Below, one piece after another: positions 50,727-57,976 of a DNA stretch of 64,000 nucleotides. The stretch is from Armatimonadota bacterium (GTDB taxonomy: Bacteria; Armatimonadota; HRBIN16): assembly GCA_963677485.1 (NCBI GenBank), contig OY781964.1:2112001-2176000 (forward strand), read 5' to 3'. Position 1 is the first letter of the stretch. Each line of letters opens with the position of its first letter. The translations under genes were made by a program, and so were the position numbers. The notes beneath the pieces are model-generated. The model was given only the letters and a program-made list of their open reading frames with translations, ran no database searches and was not told the DNA's origin.

Positions 50727-51866
50727 ATGCAAACTGAATTGACCCCTCGCCAGCGATTCCTGAACGTGATGGAATATCAACCCGTAGACCGTGTGCCCAA
50801 CCACGAGGTTGGTGTTTGGCCGCAGACATGGGAGCGCTGGATACATGAGGGTATGAACCCCGCCGAACACAGCGCCTCGTGGTTCTGGGGCGATCCCGGC
50901 TTCAACCTGGACCCCCGTGAGTATGTGCGGACGAACTACCAGATGGTGCCATTGTTCGAACCGCAGGTCATTGAGATCACGGATAAATATGAGACCATTC
51001 GGAACGGGTATGGTATTGTCACGAAAGCGCTGCGCGCAGGCACAGTTCATGGCGGCCGCATGTCGATGGACCAGTATATCAGCTTCCCTGTGACCGACCT
51101 GGCCAGCTTCCGCGAGTTAAAGAAGCGCTACATCGCATCAGACCTTGGTCGGCAGCCCGCGGGTTGGCGTGAGAATGACCTTGAGCGTTGGAAAAACCGC
51201 GAGAATGTGCTGATTCTGGGTGAGAACTGCCAGACACTGGGCTTCTACTGGCGCGCCCGCGAGTGGATGGGCACGGAGGGTATCAGCTACGCGTTCTTTG
51301 AGCAGCCTGAACTCGTGCATGAGATGATGGAGTTTGTGGCGGATTTCACCATCGAGGTCTCACGCCCGTTTGTGGAAGCGGTGGACTTCGACTATGTGTT
51401 CATAAACGAAGACATGGCGATGAAGTCGGGCCCGCTGCTCGGTCCGAACACCTACAAGGAGTTCATCTGGCCGCATATGCGAAGGGTCGTGGAGTTCTTC
51501 AAATCTCGCGGTACTCGGTATGTGATGGTGGACAGCGACGGCAACCCCGACCCCCTGATTCCGCTGCTGATGGATGCCGGAGTGGACGGCATCTGGCCCA
51601 TGGAACGCGCCTCGCTGGATACCGACCCCATCCAACTCCGTAAGAAATACGGGAAACAGCTCAGGCTGTGGGGCGGGGTCGACAAACGCGAGCTGTCGAA
51701 AGACCGCAAAGCGATCGATAACCACCTGCGCACGTTCATCCCGCTGATCGAGCAGGGAGGGTTCATCCCGACGGTCGACCATACCGTGCCGCCGGATATC
51801 TCCTGGGAGAACTTCTGCTACTACATGGAGTGCAAGATGGAGCTGCTCCGTGGCGAGCTGAAGTAG
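50727..51866 (+). CDS. Uroporphyrinogen decarboxylase-family (MtaA/CmuA-like) protein
   Basis: TPRQRF...M....VDR.P, EDMA.K.GP, DSDG, GG.DK, GGFIP..DH.VP. Confidence 0.85.
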   Translation: MQTELTPRQRFLNVMEYQPVDRVPNHEVGVWPQTWERWIHEGMNPAEHSASWFWGDPGFNLDPREYVRTNYQMVPLFEPQVIEITDKYETIRNGYGIVTKALRAGTVHGGRMSMDQYISFPVTDLASFRELKKRYIASDLGRQPAGWRENDLERWKNRENVLILGENCQTLGFYWRAREWMGTEGISYAFFEQPELVHEMMEFVADFTIEVSRPFVEAVDFDYVFINEDMAMKSGPLLGPNTYKEFIWPHMRRVVEFFKSRGTRYVMVDSDGNPDPLIPLLMDAGVDGIWPMERASLDTDPIQLRKKYGKQLRLWGGVDKRELSKDRKAIDNHLRTFIPLIEQGGFIPTVDHTVPPDISWENFCYYMECKMELLRGELK

Positions 51867-51904
51867 ATCGGGGGGCCGTCTGACAGCACAATAGCGGCAT
51901 CTCA

Positions 51905-52300
51905 AGACCGCGTGGGGGCGATTCGCGAATCGCCCTTTTTGAGGGCCACCGGAACGTCTGAACCACGGATTACACGGATGGGCACGGATTGGGAAGGAAA
52001 TGCGGATAGCCGAACCTGTCACAGTCGCAGGTGCATCCCAACGCCCGCCGGAACGCGGGCCGGTACTGGTAAGCGACGGGTGACAGTGCCCGTACCGAGA
52101 CGAAGTCGCGGACGGGCCACGGAACCCGTCCCCATGGGCCAATGCTGTGGATCGGAGCAGTCAGCCACGCTGCCGCGGGTTTAGTCACCCCATGAATGGG
52201 GTTCCCTCACCGCGCGTCTATATTATTGCAGCCCGCAAGCGGGCGCAGGGGGCCCGCCGGAATGCGGGCTGTAAAGGGCGAATCACGAATCGCCCTGGGT
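51905..52300. repeat. Repeat mosaic (REP D, CACGGATT repeats, family C, family B)
   Basis: gggcgattcgcgaatcgccc; tctgaaccacggattacacggat; family C at 52036-52131; family B at 52163-52249. Confidence 0.88.
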
Positions 52301-52329
52301 GATTAATACGGATTAACTGGAGGCGACCT

Positions 52330-53265
52330 ATGCGTTGTAACCAGGCTATCATGTCGGCGTTTCTGGCTCACCCCCGCTATCGCAGCTATATCACATCACG
52401 TGACCTGCTGCATACGGCCGGTGCCGAGGCCGCACGGTTCGCGTCACCTGAAACGGCGCGGGCGATCATCGGGCTGCACACAAGCGACCTGGTGGCCAAT
52501 CAGCTTAAGTCCGGGCTGTGGAAGCAGAATTCGCGGGGCAAGAAACCGCACCAGTATGCTGTTTCGGTAGGCATACTCTGCGCCATCGAACGGGCTGGGA
52601 TGCTGACTGAGATCGGCTCCGAGATTTTACCCCTGCGTTACGATCCATACCGCCCATTTTCTGAGCTCGAAGACCGCCATGGTGTGCTGGTAAGGCGCAT
52701 GTTCGGCCGTTCTCGCCCTGAAGATTCCGCCCTTGCCCGTCGACTGAACCACCAGATCACTGACAACCAGGCATCGGATGGGAGCTGGGGCGGTACGATT
52801 GTGGAAACTGCATACGCCATCGAGCATCTACTGGAACTGGGTGACGCACCCGACTCGAGTGCTATTAAACGGGGAACAAGCTGGCTGTTGGCTCAGTATC
52901 GTGACACTGTGGAGCGGCAGGGCATTTATGTGCCGAGTCTGTTTTCGAGCGGTGATGGCGGCTCTGAACTCGCCAGTGCTCAACGAGTGATACCGGAGGC
53001 CATACCTGTGTTTGCCTGTTATGGGGTGCTGCCGTTGATCCCCACCGGTCTGGCACTGCGTGTGCTTGTGGCCACAGGATACGGCGATGATGAACGCGTG
53101 ATCGCCTCGTTTGAATCACTGCGGAAAATGGCGATACCGGTCGACGCTGCGGCAGGTTCGGGCATCAAAGGCTGGTGCTCGCATACCTGCAGGGATCTCC
53201 TGCTGGGTGCCAAGAAGGCCGATCACCAACACCGCAGGCGGTTAGCCACGCTGCCGCGGGTTTAG
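52330..53265 (+). CDS. Hypothetical protein with prenyltransferase/squalene-cyclase-like helical repeats
   Basis: Q.SDGSWGG...T...L.ELG and G..WLL.Q motifs; GGAGG RBS. The stop codon lies inside a family B repeat. Confidence 0.7.
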   Translation: MRCNQAIMSAFLAHPRYRSYITSRDLLHTAGAEAARFASPETARAIIGLHTSDLVANQLKSGLWKQNSRGKKPHQYAVSVGILCAIERAGMLTEIGSEILPLRYDPYRPFSELEDRHGVLVRRMFGRSRPEDSALARRLNHQITDNQASDGSWGGTIVETAYAIEHLLELGDAPDSSAIKRGTSWLLAQYRDTVERQGIYVPSLFSSGDGGSELASAQRVIPEAIPVFACYGVLPLIPTGLALRVLVATGYGDDERVIASFESLRKMAIPVDAAAGSGIKGWCSHTCRDLLLGAKKADHQHRRRLATLPRV

Positions 53266-53499
53266 TCACCCCACGAATGGGGTTCCCTCACCGCGCGTCT
53301 AGGCATTTGCAGCCCGCAAGCGGGCGCAGGATGCACTCCGCCCGCGAGGCGTAGGGGCGAACGGCGTTCGCCCTGGGGCCACCGAACCCGTCGACACGGG
53401 GCTGATCGCACACATCGCAGGTTACTCGTCAACGCTGCCGCGGGTTTAGGCATTTGCAGCCCGCAAGCGGGCGCAGGGTGCCTCCCGCCAGCGAGGCGT
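53244..53499. repeat. Family B repeats plus GTAGGGGCG REP; the second REP is split by the IS110 insertion
   Basis: Intact gcgaggcgtaggggcgaacggcgttcgccct at 53344-53374; the parallel copy is interrupted at 53500. Confidence 0.9.
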
Positions 53500-53514
53500 A
53501 GATACTGTGGCTTT

Positions 53515-53520
53515 TGTCAA
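53515..53520 (-). promoter_or_regulatory. -35 box (TTGACA) of the IS110 circle-junction promoter
   Basis: Joining the ends at the CT core gives TTGACA-17 nt-TACGCT. Confidence 0.8.
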
Positions 53521-53772
53521 GTCCCCAGGGGCAAATCTGGGGATTTGGACCTGAATATCAGACACTGGCTCTAGACCACGTAGAATAACGTTAATGTGAT
53601 GTTTGTGGCATATAGACCAAACCTGGATCCGCGACAGAAACAGGCTCAGATGGCATCAGTTGGTCCGTAGCACCTCACATGACGCTCGGAGTCGCGAACG
53701 GACGTGCGACATCTTCGTGGCTTCGAAAGATATCGTTATGCTTCGATGCGTGCTATCGGCAGACTGCCGCAG

Positions 53773-55065
53773 CTAGGATACTGGTGTCAGAACCCTCGGT
53801 TTGTTGCCCACCCGACTGCGCGATGGCCGGTTTCGGGATGCGGGCCGACCACCGCCGGCAGGAGTGGGCTCATTGGTGGGATTTCCATCCACGCATCCCC
53901 GTCTTGGAACGCTCACGTCCAGCCCAGGATCATTGCCTACACCGGCTATATCATGGGCCGCTCCGGCACGATCCTGGACATGTCCGTTCGCGTCGGTCAG
54001 CGGTTGCTGGTTGGCCGCATTTGAAGCTTGTTCGATGCCGAAGTTTGGATCATATGGCTGACGGCTGATTAATACCGACCACATGAGCACCAGCTGCTTG
54101 CGCATGATTGCGCGCCGGACAACTCGCTTGGACTTCGGTTTCTTATTGGGATTCTTTACCAAATTCGGATGCTGCAGTTCCTTCACGAAGTCGTGCATGC
54201 TCTGGCCAAGCTTTTTCGACTTACCGTTGACCATCTTCACCACAGTGCTCGATCCACAGTAGAGTAATGTCCGCATATATCGGTCACCCATCTTGGATAT
54301 GGAGCCGTCGTATGTCTTGCAGCTTCCTGACCGTTGCGGGCAGGGGTTCATTCCGAAATAGCGCGCGACCGCTTTCGATGTTTCAAATCGTTTAGCATCA
54401 CCGATTTTCGCAAGGAAATAGCTTGCTGTGACGTCGCCGATACCCGGAATGCTCTTCAGCAGAGCCATATCTTCGGTCATCTGCGGTGAACTCATCACAA
54501 GCTCTTTGATCTGAACATCAAGCTTTTTGATGCCCATGTCATGAAAAGCGATCATCTCGTCCAGCACTGTGCTCCGCGTAAGCCGACAGCTTTGGCGCTG
54601 GGCGATCGCCTGTCTGTGTTGCACCAGCATACGGCGGTCATTGGTGTAACCAATAAGCGCATCATAGCATGCTAGACGAGGGACATAGAGTGAGACATTG
54701 TGACTTTTCACATAGTCAGCGATTAGCACGCTGTCAGAGCAGTCCGTCTTTTGTTCCCAGCCTTTGGCTTTGCGGTGATAGAGAACCCGTTTTGGCTCCA
54801 GTTGGACAGCATCGTGCTGGTGCTCGTAGAGGTAATCAAGCAGCGGTCGGCTGTAAGGCCCGGTGGCTTCAGCCGCATACAAGGCGGGAGTTCGGGTAAG
54901 CTTCTTCACCCATGACAACAACTCCTTGTATCCGGCCTTGTTGTTCTTGAACTCCTTATGGTCTATCGGCTTGTGCGATGAACCTAATACAGACGCGTCA
55001 AACGTCAATTTCGAGATGTCGATCCCGACATAATGGATGTAGATTTTGTCTTCAACTTCGTGCAT
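53773..55065 (-). CDS. IS110-family DEDD recombinase/transposase with a C-terminal extension
   Basis: GIDISK, EATG, KTD..D (DEDD); IPGIG; G..P....SG (catalytic Ser); ATG 55065 after GGAG. Confidence 0.95.
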   Translation of the reverse strand: MHEVEDKIYIHYVGIDISKLTFDASVLGSSHKPIDHKEFKNNKAGYKELLSWVKKLTRTPALYAAEATGPYSRPLLDYLYEHQHDAVQLEPKRVLYHRKAKGWEQKTDCSDSVLIADYVKSHNVSLYVPRLACYDALIGYTNDRRMLVQHRQAIAQRQSCRLTRSTVLDEMIAFHDMGIKKLDVQIKELVMSSPQMTEDMALLKSIPGIGDVTASYFLAKIGDAKRFETSKAVARYFGMNPCPQRSGSCKTYDGSISKMGDRYMRTLLYCGSSTVVKMVNGKSKKLGQSMHDFVKELQHPNLVKNPNKKPKSKRVVRRAIMRKQLVLMWSVLISRQPYDPNFGIEQASNAANQQPLTDANGHVQDRAGAAHDIAGVGNDPGLDVSVPRRGCVDGNPTNEPTPAGGGRPASRNRPSRSRVGNKPRVLTPVS

Positions 55066-55096
55066 GTGGTAATCTCCAGTTGGTAGTGATTGATGG

Positions 55097-55297
55097 TGCA
55101 ATCAACCAAATCAGCCTAGCGAACACGGGGTTTTCTCCCAAGATACTGTTCGATATGGGTTGATTGGGAGAAGGATGCCTATCTACGTCACGGTGTTTTC
55201 CACCAGGGGCGGTTCCGGCATCCAATCCTTCTCCTTCACCCCCAGCTAAGGGGTGAGATTAGCTCCCCGACTGCTTTTGGTGTCCGGGGAGCTCACC
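55097..55297 (-). ncRNA. Bridge RNA of the IS110 element (target-binding and donor-binding loops)
   Basis: Two 5' hairpins. Stem GGAGAAGG..GGATGCC encloses ACCGCCCCT and GACGTAG; stem AATCAACC/GGTTGATT encloses ACAGTATCT and CGCTAG. The guides match the element junctions. Ends are approximate. Confidence 0.87.
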
Positions 55298-55303
55298 ATA
55301 TAT

Positions 55304-55309
55304 AGCGTA
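55304..55309 (-). promoter_or_regulatory. -10 box (TACGCT) of the IS110 circle-junction promoter
   Basis: Lies 17 nt from the right-end TTGACA once the element is circularised, just upstream of the bridge RNA. Confidence 0.75.
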
Positions 55310-55313
55310 CTAG

Positions 55314-55460
55314 GGGCGTTTCGCGAAACGCCCTTCGTGCGTCACAACCGGCCAACTGTCTCGGATGAGATCATAAAAACCCTCGCGATGGGGGCGTACC
55401 ACGGTGGATGGTGTGGCCGTTCCGCCTGCGAGAAGGGCGATTCGCGAATCGCCCCTACGT
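55314..55460. repeat. Remainder of the interrupted REP and an inverted partner REP
   Basis: gggcgtttcgcgaaacgccctt and aagggcgattcgcgaatcgcccctacgt. Confidence 0.85.
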
Positions 55461-55501
55461 ACGCGCACACCGCAGCCGGCGTTCCCCTCCGGTCGCGCGG
55501 C

Positions 55502-57976
55502 CTACCGCTTGAGCATCACGCTGGTCATGGACGCGGGCTCCATGGGAACCGTCACGTTACCGATCCGCTTCATCACCGCCTTGTCGTTGTGGTTATACAC
55601 AATCACCTCTTTGGAGGGCAGCAGCGTGCAATACACACCGTCAAAGGCGGTATCCACCTCGACGGCGTTCTTCAGATGCTTGTCCAGCGAGGACAGATGG
55701 TAGACCACGTCGCGAAGCAGCTCGTAGTATCCCAGCTTGGCTTCCCACATGCCGCAATAGTAGATGCTGTAGCCCTTGCCCAGGGGATTAGCCCAGATCG
55801 CGTTGCCCTCATCGGTCTTGGCTAGCGGAATTACTGTGCTGGCTAACCCGGTCACCGTGCGGTCGACGGTAGTGTTGTGCGCATACTGCAGCAGCGGGGA
55901 GTTGCCCACCGCCTTCCCACCCTTCACCACGGTCAGCTCCTTGGAGAATCCAAACAACTCATACCATTTTGAGAAGTCACCATCGATAGTGGCCATGGGC
56001 CCAAAGTCGCAGGAAACCACCACACCGCCCGCCTTCACCCATTCGGTCAACCGCTGCATAGTCGTGTCATCCACCAGGTTCCCTTCGAACAGCACCAGCA
56101 CGCGGTAGCCCTTCAGCGCACCATCGTTGATCAGGTTGTCATCAAGGATGTCGTAGTCGATGACGTCGCGGATGGCGGATGCACCGTCCACAAGCATGGC
56201 GGGCATAGTGGCCTCAGGATGGAGCAGGAGGTCTGTGGTCGGCCAGAACACCGCCACATCCACCACGGGGTGTTCCTGCGTGAGGTAGGCTTTGTATTTG
56301 CGGAACACATCCGGCGATCCGGTGGGGTTGGCACCCCAATCCCAGAAGCCATATGCGCCGCTGGAGATCGACTCAAAGATGCGGCCCACTTCACCATTGG
56401 CGGTGATGCTGCCTGGCGGTTCGGTCCAGAATGGCACTTTGTAGTATTTGCACGATGTGGCCAGAAGGCGCATCATCGTGGCGTAGTTCTGCGGCATTGG
56501 CAGGTATCCGCCGTGGGTTGAGCGAATATGGGTGTTATACTTTTTGGCGATCTTGGCATATTTGGTATGCTCCATGCCAAGCTTTACGTTGACATCGCCG
56601 CCGCCCACCGGGATCTCCAACAGCGACTTCGGGAAGTACTTCCGTGCCATGCTGGCCACGTCCTCGGTGAGCCGGGTCATAGATCCGTTATACCAGTTGA
56701 TGAAGTCCAGCCAGCGATGGCGTGAGGCTGGGCTATCGATCTTAGGCACCGGCAGCGGGTAACTGAGCTCCATGAAGTATTGGTACTGTGTGCCCCAGGC
56801 TCGGTTCAGGGCGTCGATGGTGGTGTATTTGGCCTGCATCTTCATTCGGAAGTCGTGTTTGGCATATTTATCGCCGCACCACCAGTCATCATGACCGGCA
56901 CCATCGACACCAAACCTCGGGATCTCGCTGGGATGCATACCTAGCGGGTAGATGGTCTCGCCGAAGTCGCCGTGGACGCCTAGATAGATCGCCTTCATCT
57001 TGTCGTTGCCAGAGCCGTAATGGGCTGCCATCGCCTTATAACCGTCGTCCATCATACCCACAAGGTAGGGGCTCCAGACCGACATCGCGCCGATCTCTCT
57101 GCCGTGCGTGATACAGGTAGAGGGCACAAACTTGCTGGTCTTCTTCTGCCACTCGTTCGCCCAGTGCAGGTGCGGGAAATACTGCCAGTCCACGCCTATC
57201 TGTCTGCATCGGTCCAGTTCCGCATCGGTCACGCTCCAGTCCCACACGCCGGGTTCCGTCTGGTTCGTGGCAAGGTGGTCGGAGTCGGTCTGGAACATGG
57301 TGAAGCCGATGCTCTTCGCCTTTCGCATCTCGCGGAAGCTCATGATGCTGGTGCCTTGCGCTATGGGCTTGCCTGTCTTGCCTGCTCTCTTTACGGGCAC
57401 TACCACGACGGCGGCCCGTTTGGTCAGTTTGGGCACATCGGCCTGTGTCACCAAGCCGTCAGGGGTGATCTCTTCATCGGTGATCAGCAGCGCGTCGACG
57501 TAAGTCAGGTAAGCCTTCTCGTTGTTCTTGCGCCGCTCATTCACCATGATCGTGATGGTGTGCTGACCTGCGGAGAGTTTCTGCAGTCCCAGACGCTGCC
57601 AGGCCATGGCATTCGACACCCCGAATATCGTGCTGTCCTCACCATCCATGTCGTCCGAGACATGGTGGTAGGCACCACCGTCCACCCGCCACCAGAAGTT
57701 GGAGGTGCCGCCTGGCATGGCGATGGCAGTCAAGAGGTGGTAACTGCCCGCCTTTTTGACACTGAACTTCCAGTTCGCGGCGTAGCCCTCTTTTCCGGGG
57801 TCGGTATTCATCCACAGCCGCAGCACCTGATCGCCACTGACAACCCCCGGGAAGCGCTCCACCCCCTCGAAGTTTCGAGAGCTGGTGTTTTCGCCTTCAA
57901 TAAAGATGCGTTCCGCATGACAAGCAAGAGGCATCGTCAGCATCAGCCCTAACGCGAGTGCCCAAATATACTTCAT
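55502..57976 (-). CDS. Secreted glycoside hydrolase (GH14/GH42-like) with an N-terminal CBM-like domain
   Basis: Signal peptide; EPG.WDWS, G.HGDFGE..YP, KY.TI.ALN.AWG, WTEP. Confidence 0.7.
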   Translation of the reverse strand: MKYIWALALGLMLTMPLACHAERIFIEGENTSSRNFEGVERFPGVVSGDQVLRLWMNTDPGKEGYAANWKFSVKKAGSYHLLTAIAMPGGTSNFWWRVDGGAYHHVSDDMDGEDSTIFGVSNAMAWQRLGLQKLSAGQHTITIMVNERRKNNEKAYLTYVDALLITDEEITPDGLVTQADVPKLTKRAAVVVVPVKRAGKTGKPIAQGTSIMSFREMRKAKSIGFTMFQTDSDHLATNQTEPGVWDWSVTDAELDRCRQIGVDWQYFPHLHWANEWQKKTSKFVPSTCITHGREIGAMSVWSPYLVGMMDDGYKAMAAHYGSGNDKMKAIYLGVHGDFGETIYPLGMHPSEIPRFGVDGAGHDDWWCGDKYAKHDFRMKMQAKYTTIDALNRAWGTQYQYFMELSYPLPVPKIDSPASRHRWLDFINWYNGSMTRLTEDVASMARKYFPKSLLEIPVGGGDVNVKLGMEHTKYAKIAKKYNTHIRSTHGGYLPMPQNYATMMRLLATSCKYYKVPFWTEPPGSITANGEVGRIFESISSGAYGFWDWGANPTGSPDVFRKYKAYLTQEHPVVDVAVFWPTTDLLLHPEATMPAMLVDGASAIRDVIDYDILDDNLINDGALKGYRVLVLFEGNLVDDTTMQRLTEWVKAGGVVVSCDFGPMATIDGDFSKWYELFGFSKELTVVKGGKAVGNSPLLQYAHNTTVDRTVTGLASTVIPLAKTDEGNAIWANPLGKGYSIYYCGMWEAKLGYYELLRDVVYHLSSLDKHLKNAVEVDTAFDGVYCTLLPSKEVIVYNHNDKAVMKRIGNVTVPMEPASMTSVMLKR

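Larger units (their letters stand above)
53500..55313 (-). mobile_element. IS110-family (IS621-like) insertion sequence with CT cores at both ends
   Basis: Minus-strand junctions AACGCCC-CT-AGTACG (left) and ACAGTAT-CT-ACGCC (right). Removing the element restores a REP hairpin. Confidence 0.93.

Noticed and set aside
52163-53330. Integron attC sites
   Set aside because: No RYYYAAC/GTTRRRY core pair was found and there is no tyrosine integrase in the window.
53773-53786. Donor-like sequence CCAGTATCCTAG at the transposase stop, as an alternative right end
   Set aside because: It is an imperfect match. The exact ACAGTATCT, the TTGACA box and the restored REP all place the end at 53500-53501.
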